A DNA stretch of 62,420 nucleotides, counting the filler, from Choristocarpus tenellus KU-1152 (lineage: Eukaryota > Protista > Phaeophyceae): NCBI GenBank assembly GCA_964200185.2. It is 9 parts of 9 records of this genome, joined end to end, with 100 filler letters (N's around TTAATTAATTAA, not from the genome) between each part and the next. Parts side by side here need not be neighbours in the genome. Positions count along the whole stretch, not along the records: positions 51,456 to 56,145 come from CAXNAD020013451.1; positions 56,246 to 62,420 come from CAXNAD020008760.1; 7 more parts are not named here. The stretch is one strand, 5' to 3'. Shown piece after piece: positions 51,560 to 62,420 of the stretch. The notes under the pieces are model-generated. The model was not told the origin of the DNA. It did no database searches and saw nothing but the letters and a program-made list of their open reading frames with translations. Position 1 is the stretch's first letter; the number at the start of each line of letters is the position of its first letter. Made by a program: the position numbers and the translations under genes.

Positions 51560-53640
51560 GCTTGGTTAGGAGGCCGTAGGCATGTGGTCTCTGTCGTTAA
51601 TGCCAAACATAGACAGACTGAATGAACAGGCCAACTTCGAAATCACTGTCATCCTCCGGGTCAAACCTCCTTGGGTCTTGGAGACAACACCTTTGCAATC
51701 AGCATAGAGCATATCCCACAAGAGTTGCTCAAGTGTTCTCCCACTCCCTGATGCTCCTCCTAACCCTAAGATGATACTGCTGACGAGAATAGGAGCAAGA
51801 AAACATGTCCAACCACAAACCAGTCAGTGTGCTCACCACCATCCATGTGAATACATGCCCTCATTCCATCATGGAAGTGGCAAATGACAGAAATCTTCAG
51901 TATTCCAAATTTGATCAACACAGTCCACAGGGAACACAGTCAAGGCCATACGATCTCTGTATATCAATACAACACACGAATAGGGGCACATAGTGTTCCT
52001 ATCCAAGCTCTTGGAGGGCATGTACAGTGCACATAATGTCCACCATGGAGTGTCAGGGCCGAAAACCATGTTCCTCATTCAAGTATGTTCTCCCAATCCA
52101 GTAAATCTCCCAGTCGATGTGGAAGGACCTCGAGAAGGACCTCAATAGCATGTGCCACACAGCAACATGATCTTGTGGAAAACCGGGAGGATCACTACAT
52201 CCTCTTGTACGCCAAGTTTCTAAGAGATCAGATGAAAGATTTTCCATTGCTCAGACTGTTTCAGTCACCTTCATCGTCACTGGTGCAGTAGTGAGGGCTA
52301 TGGATGTGTGCTGATGATCCAGGGCTCCAGCACTATGAGGGTGGAGATCAACTGACTTGGTGTTAAGGAGCACTGTGAAGCATCTCTCCCACCGTTCCAT
52401 GAGGAGTACTTGCTCCCTCCATAGCTGGCCAAATTTGACATGGATGCGCTGAGATGCACTCTGTCCGGTTCTCTCTACATTTATCTCTTTCAGGTGTTAG
52501 CAGAAACCAGCTTGGTCCCCACGGTGAAAAAGGTTTCCATAATCCAGGTACCCGTGTGAAGAAACTCCTGCTAGGCAGACACCCTCACCAGTTTGAGCTG
52601 GTTGCGAGCTTTCTTCAATGCCTTCTTGAATTCGGCTTTTAGGGGGTATGTGCGCACTTGTTTTTGTGTCCTTTCCCATTCCTCCTAGGCTTCGAGGAAG
52701 TTTGCTTGAGCTGGATAACTTGCTCTGCACCACCCTCTGTGAAGGAGGTGGAAGAACTTGTGAGGCAGTATCCAACAAATGGGTTGTGTGAAGATGCCAT
52801 GTTGTTGACATTGGTAGGTACATCATCAGCTGTATCTTTGGTTCGCACTGACTCTTCTGCTATGAGAATTTTTCCAGCAGCCACACTCACCAGTTCCGAC
52901 CTCATAGGGACTAGACATCGGAGCTTGACAGTAATACATCCCTTGTAACTCAATTACCTCTTCGACTGGAAGCAAAGTGAACAAGGAGATGGAGCGATCT
53001 TGAGACGATGTAGTGATCCGATTCCGTTGGCAAAACGGAGTGCGCCCTCATGTTGCGTGTGAGGCAGTGAACAACGTGACGTGTAAGGATGTTACAAGTC
53101 GAAGATACCCCATTTCGCCTCGATGGTCCATTTACGTATGGGGCACTTCCCCCTGGGTACTCTGAAAATGTATTGACATGAGCAAGTATGACCATCGCTG
53201 CAAACACCAACAGCCACTCACTATTGAATCAACACATCTCGTCCATATGCCGCAGGAATCCCGCTGTAGTCCCCCTCACCCTCACCTCTCTTTCCAGTGC
53301 GGGCATTCACGTCCATCAGAATAAAGAGCTTATCCTCAGGGGGAGTCTGCTGCAGTACAGCGTGAAATTTTTCCAATGAAGCATTCTTGACTATCTCTAA
53401 GGCCTCTTCCGTTGCGGCATATCCCACAACAAGGCAACTCCAGTGGAACTACATGTCATCAGGAGCTGGGCCTGCACCATCCTTTCTCAAGGTACTCTAC
53501 TTTATCAACGGTATGTTGTAGGATTGGTTCCTTCACTATCAAACCCCCTCCCTACTTGTGTTTTTGATTCTCTCCCCCACTAAAGAACACCTTGTAGTTG
53601 GGCTCAGAAAGCTCAATGTAAGAAATTCCACCTCTTGTCT
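51560..53640 (-). mobile_element. RTE-clade LINE pseudogene (APE + reverse transcriptase)
   Basis: APE motifs YAAT, LMDVNARTG, VNTF and ESDHYIV. RT motifs EEHGFRP..VDIM, VPLFVCCIDIQRSY and MLYAD. Many stops, frameshifts and deletions. Confidence 0.85.
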
Positions 53641-54414
53641 GTTGGAGTCAGTCGCATCACTTCACAGGTCCATGCCTTTTGTTACAAGTCTGCTGTATGA
53701 CCCACTCGGTTTTTACCATTCAAAGTCATGGTTCGAACTTTTCAAGTTGTCACAGTCAGCTCCTCGTTTTAGCATTTCTGATGTCTCAAAGTGATTGCTG
53801 CGGGACGGTCTCTCCTTCTCTTCAAAGATATTGCTATTATCTTCATCTTTCTCGATCTCTGAAGACTGCCAGTGCATGCCTTGCTTCACGCGACGAGGGG
53901 GCAGCAGACCCACGACTTGTCAGCAACGCCTAGGTCCTTCTCGTTGCGGAATGTGTGGTTAATTGTGCGAACGTTCTTTTAAGATAAAAAAAAAATGGGG
54001 AATGAAAAACTCATCACAATCTTTTTGATGAATTATAGTAGAAAACGACATCGGGGTTTCTACTTCATCTCAATACGTCGGTCGTATTGTCATTCAACTT
54101 AATATTGAGTGATCCCAAACCAAAAAGTTACTTGTCAACAGTTTCTTGCACAGTAATGGAAGAATTCAAATGAAGTATTCACCACAACAGTATCTCATTG
54201 GACACGACATCCACTGTCTTAAACCTCTTCAAGTTATTGTCCCTTACACCTCCCACGCTCCCTAACTCGAGGAGACGGTGGGGGTGACCGTGTTTTCTGT
54301 GTTTTCTTTTACGTGGTGGTTTGAATCACCTGTGTGTAAGGCATTTGGCGTGAGGGGACGAATACCTGGTGCGGAGAGATATTTGATGCTGAGTTCCGCT
54401 GGATTCATCCTGGG

Positions 54415-54731
54415 ATGAGGACTGGAAGAGTATTAATCGCTGTTTTTGTATTAATGACATGTGGGGCAGGTGCCATCGGCGTTCGTGGGTCGGATTTTGA
54501 GATGTTGGCATCAAGTGGTTCTCCACAATCTGCCAACATCCTCCCCCTTTCTCGTCGAAATATCGATTTCGATAGCTTGACACCTGATGAGTGTGCGTTG
54601 CACATGTGTAACCAGCAACAGGCTATGGCATCCGCATACATTTCGGGGGGATGCCAGGGGGAATTGGAGTCTTTTACGGAGACATCAGGATTGACCCCTG
54701 ACCTTGTCGGGGAGACCGAGAGTACTAACAG
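54415..54731 (+). CDS. Probable first exon of a secreted/membrane protein
   Basis: MRTGRVLIAVFVLMTCGAGA looks like a signal peptide. The open frame ends at a CAG|GTGAAG donor. No homology recognised. Confidence 0.45.
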
Positions 54732-56145
54732 GTGAAGCATTTCTCTTTTCGGACCCCTTTCGGGGCATTGAAAATAAATGTAATGTGTGGCTTAATTTGC
54801 ACTCATCTGCCTTCTTTCTCCTCCTAGCAATAGCACAACCTCCTAAGTGTCAATGTCGGAAGTAGCATCACCAACTCCAACATATACCTGTAGCATTTTT
54901 TCTGCCCATCCCATTAGGGAGTTGCTTTCTCAGTCACGATGATACTTATAGAATTGCCAAGAATCTCAAGTTTCCGTGAAGTGGTTGTCGGTAATACTAA
55001 GTATACTCGTCTTCTTTCGGTAACTATAATTCATAATCCAACCCTTCTGCTCCTCAAAAAACGTCTGATGTTAAGGGCCTTATCCTCCGTACGCCTTACC
55101 CAAGTTGATTGGATTGACACCAGTGGTATTGCTCTTTCATTTTGTTTTACAGTTTAAAAAACCTTAGAGGCGGTGCACTCCCTCTCGAATGAATGAAAAA
55201 CAGTGAAGTATGCCTTGAACGTTTGGATAGAATAACCTGCCGTGTAATTCAATTTATTCAATAAAAAAAATGAAGTAGAAAATATTGTTCTTGTTACGGT
55301 GTGTTCTATAGGTGTTCCTGTCAGGTATTTATCATCCCCAATATTGCTTTGTTAATTTGTCTTTGTGTAACGCACATGTCGAAATAGTATGGACACAGTT
55401 GTGGGGTGAATCTTGGTAGTGCTTGGCATGCCTCCTGCAGCTTGCAATACACACAAAAAACAAAACACCATAACGTGAAAATGTCCCTCCTTGTTATGGT
55501 GAGATTTTTGGATCTAGGACTATTAGTGGAGGATAGGACAGTATATACCTATGGCAATGTGAGATTGCTCCCTGAAAGAAAGGTCCATGTGCATTGTGTG
55601 TGGTGACCATGTGTGTGTGAACATGGCTTTCCAAAGAACGGATCATGTGTTAAAAAAAAATTCCTCTGGCATCTCCACCTCCTTTGCTCACCAGAGGTAG
55701 TGTAGTGTGTAGGGGTGGGAATTGAAATCCAGGAGTTATCATGCAACATATGGACATGTACATGTAGATAAGAGTACAAGGTTGGTTGTGAGATGTATCA
55801 AACATGTCTTTAATTATTAGTACAATATTGTAGTGGCATGGCACTTAACCCACAAGAGACAGAGCAAGCCGTTTTATGCGCAAGAAGGGCATTACAGGCA
55901 GCGAACGCCAAATGCACTCTGGTCACAGTTCTCATGTGAACAAACTCGGCGTACATGTATGGGGTGTGGGTGTATAAATACATGGTTCCCTTGGTAACAA
56001 CTTTTCTGACTGACCACAAAAATTGCTTCCATCTTACAAGAACCCACTCTTTTGGAGGACCCTTGTGACACTTCACAACTATTATTCTATCTCGTGAGAC
56101 CCTTCCCCAGCCCCCCGCCCCTTCGTGCGACCCTTCAGGCGACCC

Positions 56146-56245
56146 NNNNNNNNNNNNNNNNNNNNNNNNNNNNNNNNNNNNNNNNNNNNTTAATTAATTA
56201 ANNNNNNNNNNNNNNNNNNNNNNNNNNNNNNNNNNNNNNNNNNNN
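56146..56245. other. Artificial contig-join spacer
   Basis: N44-TTAATTAATTAA-N44. Confidence 0.98.
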
Positions 56246-56300
56246 CCGAATGGACACCCTGGTGTAGACCTCCCCCCCACCCCTCCAGATACTTTGGGTC
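56246..56300 (+). mobile_element. MITE family B right end, truncated by the contig start
   Basis: TGGACACCCTGGTGTAGACC..CCAGATACTTTGGGTC matches the right end of 60387-60568. Confidence 0.85.
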
Positions 56301-56472
56301 AGTGATAAGAACACCTTAGGTAGTTTTCCTCATGAACATGAATTTGTACACCTTCCTGAAGTGCCAATTGTATGTCAGGTACCAGGGGTGGGGTTGGATC
56401 TCAATAATGGCAAGTGATATACTCCAAATTCGAAAGTGCTAGGATATGTTGAAATTTGAAAAGTCTCTTCAC

Positions 56473-57650
56473 CTTAGAACGGCAAGCCAGTGCCACATGC
56501 AGCCCATGATGTGCGCAATGAAAAATAGCGTCACCAACATCTTGATGATAGACCAGAAACTGGGGTGCAAGAACTCCCCTACATTGTCCTCTTTTGCCCC
56601 GATGGGGCGTGAGAGTTTTAGCAGGCGGACAAGGCGAAGGAGTCGCAGCACCCTCAGCAGCTTGGTGGAGCGGAAAATAGTATTTCTCCCTGCAACGAGG
56701 ACCATGAAATAGTCAAATGGCACCACCGATAAAATGTCTATTGCAAACCAGCCACGGAAGTAGCGACCAATGATTTTGCAACTATCGACAACTACCTGCC
56801 CGTCGTCAGACACATATGCCGTGCGGGTAGCGACTACTACATCGGCTAAGAACATGATGTCAACTATGACATCTACGACCAAGCTGCCAGTGCTTCCTTC
56901 CACTTCGAACCCAATCCGAAATGGTATACTTACGCAGCTATATACAATAAGAACTGCAACCCAGACATCCCATACCAACTTTCGCTTGTCATACGGGTGG
57001 AAGAGGAAGGAGGGTGCCGAATCTGGAAGAACGTCTTCTTGGTAGAGAAAGGATTGGTCCTTCTTCCTTGTTTCTTCACAATCAGATCCTGGACTGTTCA
57101 AAACTACCTCGCCGGCATTGGCGTAACTGATAGAGGAGATACGCTCCAATCCCAGAGATGCTGTTGAATTCTCAGCCTCCAGCCTGGGACAGCTTTGCGA
57201 CGAGATTATGTAATCGTGCTCAATTTGCGAGTTTAGGACAACGTCGCCTTCATTCATTGGCGTCGTGAGTCCCAACCCTCGAACGTTGCACGACTCTGGA
57301 ACTTGACCGTATGCAAGGCGGTACCATATTCTGTGGTGACCCTGAATTTCGTCCGAGATTGTGTTGGGGGTTGCGTCCCTCCTCTCTGACCCCCACAAGG
57401 ACGAGAATGACTTCATTTGGGTTAGGTTGGGGAAGTCCACAGTTTCCAGCTGACCCGAGCGCCTCGAATCTACTGTTTTCCTGCGTTTATTGACAGAGGG
57501 CTTCATAATCTGAAATTTCGACACTCTCTCGTGACTTGCAATTGCCTCCACGCCAGTGTGAGAGCGCGTACCATCACCAGTGAAAGCATGTTTGCCGCGA
57601 CCACGAATCAAGTAATTTCGCAATGCTCGGAAACGGTTGATGATCAGCAT
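56473..57650 (-). CDS. Cyclic-nucleotide-gated / EAG-HCN-type cation channel, S1-S5 exon, partial
   Basis: FHPYD..KLVWD, YSCVSIPFRIGF, RTAY, RYFRGWFAIDILSVVPFD, S4 KLLRVLRLLRLVRLLKLSR and S5 AHIMGCMWH. Ends at an AG|GTGAAG donor. Start placed at Met 57650 (uncertain). Confidence 0.9.
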
Positions 57651-57877
57651 TGTCTCCGTCAGGACAAGGACAGCGAAAGTGAATTCTTCAAATTCATGCT
57701 CACAGAAGGCACCCCCAGCAGCACATCTCACATGTTGGTGGTGCGAGGCGTGTTGGGAGTGCGAGGCGTCTTCCAAGTTTTCTTGAAACGTCCTGACCTG
57801 ATCTTCGTTTTGTTGTAGTATTATTGTAGTTGAAAAACAATAGTTACACTTTAAGGCGTGTTTTTGTATGAAAAAAA

Positions 57878-58136
57878 GAGTGAAAGTACCTTGAAGGGTA
57901 CGAGTTTTGCCCTGCTTGTCCATTTGGGGCTTGGCTTCCCACGGGTTTTTGATGACATTTTACCTACTCCAAAATGTTTCGGAGTAGGTAAAGCGTGTAT
58001 GTTATGAAAAGGTGTGTCCGGAACAAGAATAATGACACTTGCTAATAAATATGATAGCCAAAATTACATCAAAATTGCGACATTGGATTTTGATCCCCAA
58101 ATGGACGCGGCTCTACCCTCTAAGATACTTTGACTC
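57878..58136 (+). mobile_element. MITE family A copy 7 (259 bp)
   Basis: GAGTGAAAGTACCTTGAAGGG ... CCCTCTAAGATACTTTGACTC. No TSD visible. Confidence 0.93.
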
Positions 58137-58746
58137 CCTTGCAACTGCCTGAGGTGTTTTCTTGGAGTTCTACGCCCCCGCTGATACCCACCACACAATA
58201 CAAACAGTAGTTTATGGATTGACGGTTCGTTATGTGGTTGTCTTCCTCTCTAGATTAAACTCAGACGCGTCATTGACGCAAGACACAGTGCAAGAGCGAA
58301 AGGGGTAGCCTGAGGAACTCACACAAACACGTGTCGTGATGGACACATCCTCATCAGCAAGCACCTCGGAGACCTTCATTTATATGAAGAACCGTTTCAG
58401 CTTTTGCTTAAAGCACACCTTGGTGGCTTGATATACTAGTGCACCTTCATTGTGGCACGAACTAATGAACAAAAATAAATGTGTAGGGAACAGCGATTGT
58501 TAAAATGAATGTTTTTTTGTTTTGGGGGGATGTACCATCAAGTAATTTGTTGGATGACAATAAACTCGCTGTCACGGCGTTCTCCAAAATGTTGATGGTA
58601 TTCAATATCCTTCTGCCTTCTGAAATCCCTCAGCTGCAGGCGTCGTCTATTTGAATTGGCAAGTTTAACGTATGAATCAGGCAATGGACATGTGGCGAGT
58701 CCATACACACAGATTATCTAAAGGAAAAGAATGAGAAACACGATAA

Positions 58747-59004
58747 GATTGAAAGTATCTTAGAGGGTACGAATTTTGTCCTGTTTGTCCATTTGGGGCT
58801 TGGCTTCCCACGGGTTTTTTTATGACATTTTCCAACTCCAAAATGCTTCAGAGTAAGAAAAATGTGTATATTGTTAAAGGTGTGTTCGGAACAAGGATAT
58901 TGAAACTTCCTAACAAACACAACAGTCAAAATTACATCAAAATCGCAACGTTGGAATTTGGCCCCCAAACGGACGCGACTCTACCCTCTAAGATAATTTG
59001 ACTC
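58747..59004 (+). mobile_element. MITE family A copy 8 (258 bp)
   Basis: GATTGAAAGTATCTTAGAGGG ... CCCTCTAAGATAATTTGACTC. ATAA on both flanks (4-bp TSD). Confidence 0.95.
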
Positions 59005-60386
59005 ATAATTGACCTAGAATAAAGCTAAACTATACTAAAAAAGGTTCAAAACAATGGCAAACCTAAATTATGCTAAATGGTCAAGTACACTACCATCACC
59101 CTGTACTGATCTAACTTTATTCTCCTCAGACTACCAAGGATCAATGGCTATTGGGCATGATTACACTGTTGTTCAAGGCATAGACACTTTCCTTGAGGTG
59201 GATACTTTCCATGAATTGTTGCTGGACGTCATAGGTTGAGGGGATGGTTGATGAGGGAATTGTTAAATGTGATATCAAAGAGTACATGGGATAATAACAT
59301 CAGTGGGTGGTGAATGTCAGTATGCTCAATGCACAATGATGATCATAGGGACAATGCAGAGGTATGCAGAGTAAGGTGTGAAAGGCTGTGATATAGGACC
59401 GTCTTCTCAATAATGATCGATTGACAATCACGCTAAAGTGGCAGAGGAGAGTGACCCGCTCTGGTGCATTAGCCTTAAGTATGAGTCTATATGCTGCTGA
59501 CCACCTGGCGTAGGATCTTTGTCCTTCTTCCATTCCCCCTCTATCACACGATCATTTTCCCTGTGCCCGCCCAGCCTCAGAGCTCTGGAAGTGAATTGAT
59601 GCATTGGTTGTTCTCCACTTGGTCTCAACTATACAAACACCGTTCCTCACACAAATTGAGTGTACCACAAGATTGGACACTCCCCCTCGTCAACATTCTA
59701 CAGAAGCGCAAGATGTCAGCTCTCAACCCAATGGCCTTCATTGTTTTCCACTCTTCACACACTCCTAGCCACCAGTTCAATGAGGGCTGCCTCGGGCTCT
59801 TCACCTCTACCTTAACCCCTTCGCATTCCTGACAATCACCCACCAGATGGGAATGGCATATTGGGCAGATGGGAAGGCGCACTAGGCACATGGGTAAATG
59901 GGTAGATGGGTGTCACACCCATATAGATATTAACCCCCACGCCTTTGAGTCAAGAAATAGGGAGATAGCCAGGTTTGGGCCCTTTTGCATTCCATAACAT
60001 ATTTCTTACCCTCTGCAATACAATCTATTTCGTTGCTTTTTGTACACAATCGTGCATGCAAAATTGATATCGCCCCTTTCCGCACACAAAGTGACACCAA
60101 TATTCAGCTAAGCCTCTTTCTCCAATTGTGTACAAAAAAAAAATGCCCTTTCCTATAATCCTTAAAATGCAAACCTGCCTTTCTCTCAGTTGGTTTGACT
60201 CTTTAGAGTAGGCAGGCATACTATATGTTTATACTGCATTAATCAAAGATAAGATGGTCATATTATTACTACTCAATTTTTATTTTTCCCAGTGTTAAAT
60301 TTAGTTTTATGAATACAATATTAATATTTTTATGTAGAAGTATCATTTTTATAATACTAGTATCAACAATTCAAAGCAACATTTCA

Positions 60387-60568
60387 GGCTTAAGGTATCT
60401 GGGGGGGGGGGTTGCGGCTGTCCATTTGGGGTCAATTTTTTTCATGTCGCGATTTTTGGGTGATTTGGTTACATACGTCTAATGGATAATGTAAATGCAT
60501 GTTTCCTGATTTTGGTCCAACTGGACACCCTGGTGTAGACCCCCCTTCCCCCCCAGATACTTTGGGTC
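60387..60568 (+). mobile_element. MITE family B, complete copy (182 bp)
   Basis: GGCTTAAGGTATCT(G)n ... (C)nAGATACTTTGGGTC. TCA on both flanks (3-bp TSD). Confidence 0.92.
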
Positions 60569-62252
60569 TCAATATGTAGAAACCAGACTGTAATTAAGGG
60601 CACATTTTTTCAATGTAACGAGAGGTAATATTTCAGCCTGCATGTCACTCTTCGCTGTATCACTATCATAGTGAAGCCCTCACAATCTATCGATACTGAG
60701 TGGCGCATTGGAAAGATCAAGATCCTGGCGTTCCACAGGTATATTTTCGTCTAAAGAGGAGTCCTTGCGGTTGCAGAGTAGTGCTTGGAAGTTTAGCCAT
60801 TTACCGAGGGATTGTCAAAGCGGGTGTGTTATAATCTCAACCTGATGACATCCAATGAAGCAACAGATTCTTCCATGTGGTTGTTGTGAACTATCCATGG
60901 CACTCCACGGTTTCAGTTCCACAAGGTTCAAAACCGTTCGCGAGATACAAGTGATTCGGCATAAGAGATTCACATTTGGAGTTCTGAGGACCATATGAAA
61001 CGCTGGATCATAGAGAAGCGCAAGCTTGGAAGGAACATGGGTAAAGGGTCAAACCAACGAAAGAGGAAGAAGACGAACGCCGATTTGCTAGCCTTGAGTT
61101 AATCTGACAAATGTGCTCGGATGAATAAGTTAAAACTGAAGAGGGCTGAGGAGGATAAAGAAAGCGAGCTGAAGAGAGAATCTCGTTTCCCCCCCAGGAC
61201 TGAGGATGACATCCCCCGGGTGATAGACGTCCTCTGAGTGTCGAAGATTAAGGAGGATATAGATGATAATGGTGAAGAGTAGGAGAAGGAAGTGGAACAA
61301 TAGATGGATGGAGACATGGCAGCCCGTGTAGAGATACAAAGAAATATTGAGCCTGGGTGAGCACAATACACTTCAATGCTCCAATTCTTCTGTGACTCGA
61401 ACATTAATGAGCAACAGAGCCTGCAAGACCAGTCCCACACAGAAACATACAATGATACATCATGTCTGCCTTGACCATAATGCAATAAATACCTGCGCTC
61501 TCTGTGCTTTTCATGCCTCCTACATCAAATAATACTGGGGGAGTACTTAAGAAAACTTCATCGCCACCCCAACAGCAAATGCTGTGTTTTTCTCAAGTCC
61601 TTCATCACTCTAAACAGCACCACCTATGCCTACATAAGCGTTATGACACACCCTCTCTGCCAGTATAAGCTTCCTACCGTAAGACCTTGAAATATTCCTG
61701 TTTTTCCAGCGATGCAATTTCCACCCCATTCCAACAATAACAAAACATATCCACAAAAAGGAGATTCATACCATGTAGTAACTATCGAAATTCAGTTTTC
61801 TGGCTCATACCACGAATACCCCTTGACCTCAGCGTTTACATCAGACATATTTTTATCCGATTTGAAGAGGAATTACAAAAGTTATGGGCATATATTTCTC
61901 CTTACACTACTGATAATACAATTATTTTAATGTTAGTATTGTTAGCAGAAGTATCTTTTTGAACTTTTAAAATTATTCATAGTATTTGGTGGTGGTGGTA
62001 TTAATGGTAATGATAGTAGTATTGCAACTTTTAGGTATTATAATGTATTAGTACTACTAGGAGAAAGAACTCAGCATATCTACGAGGGTAACAAAAGAGT
62101 AACGTGCTCATGTATATCCAATGCGAAAAATCCCTCATCAGAGGTTCCACAAAAAAGAAGGGAAATTAAAAAGAGGGACATGCAAGAATAAGCAACCTAC
62201 AAATTAGGGAGTCAATGAGAAAGCAGCATCTAGCAGATGGTGGTGGTGGTGA

Positions 62253-62420
62253 GGCTTAAAGTATCTGGGGGGGGGTTGCGGCTGTCCATTTGGGGTCAAT
62301 GTTTTCCATGTTGTCGCGATTTTGGGTGATTTGGTTACATACGTCTAATGGATAATGTAAATGCACGTTTCCTGATTTTGGTCCAAGTGGACACCCTGGT
62401 GTAGACCCCCCCTCCCCCCC
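62253..62420 (+). mobile_element. MITE family B copy, cut by the window end
   Basis: Near-identical to 60387-60568, starting GGCTTAAAGTATCTGGGG. Confidence 0.92.

Noticed and set aside
57651-57923. N-terminal extension of the 484-aa channel ORF starting inside MITE copy 7
   Set aside because: The ATG and first residues are MITE sequence, so this is most likely chance in-frame fusion.
1148-58968. Family of similar short ORFs (e.g. VNILVPDTPFHN.., SGTRILTL..) as a repeated small-protein gene
   Set aside because: They are translations of family A MITE copies on both strands, with inconsistent starts, stops and frames.

Overview
Eukaryotic nuclear DNA with spliceosomal introns. It comes from a flagellate lineage (IFT139 is present), and the gene/TE style suggests a stramenopile such as a brown alga (inference). 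The window is not one locus: nine contigs are joined by artificial 100-bp N44-TTAATTAATTAA-N44 spacers. Spliced partial genes that can be reconstructed by hand are a Ser/Thr kinase, TTC21B/IFT139 (12 exons, one GC-AG intron), a PHD/extended-PHD (PZP) chromatin reader with Ada3-like motifs, a long low-complexity SWIRM protein and a CNG/EAG-type cation channel. There is also a possible secreted-protein first exon. Decayed TEs include an RTE-type LINE, another APE-LINE, a pogo/Tigger transposase and two tail-to-tail CRE-like (RLE) LINE 3' ends flanking a tRNA-Ile-derived fragment. The most striking structure is a dense network of non-autonomous TIR elements. It has 8 copies of a ~258-bp family A, 5 of a ~182-bp family B and 3 further related ends. 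They share a G-N4-AAAGTATCT terminus, and A and B also share a subterminal CCCCAAATGGAC motif. They show mixed 3- and 4-bp target-site duplications, and family A carries a conserved central hairpin. No matching transposase is visible in the window.
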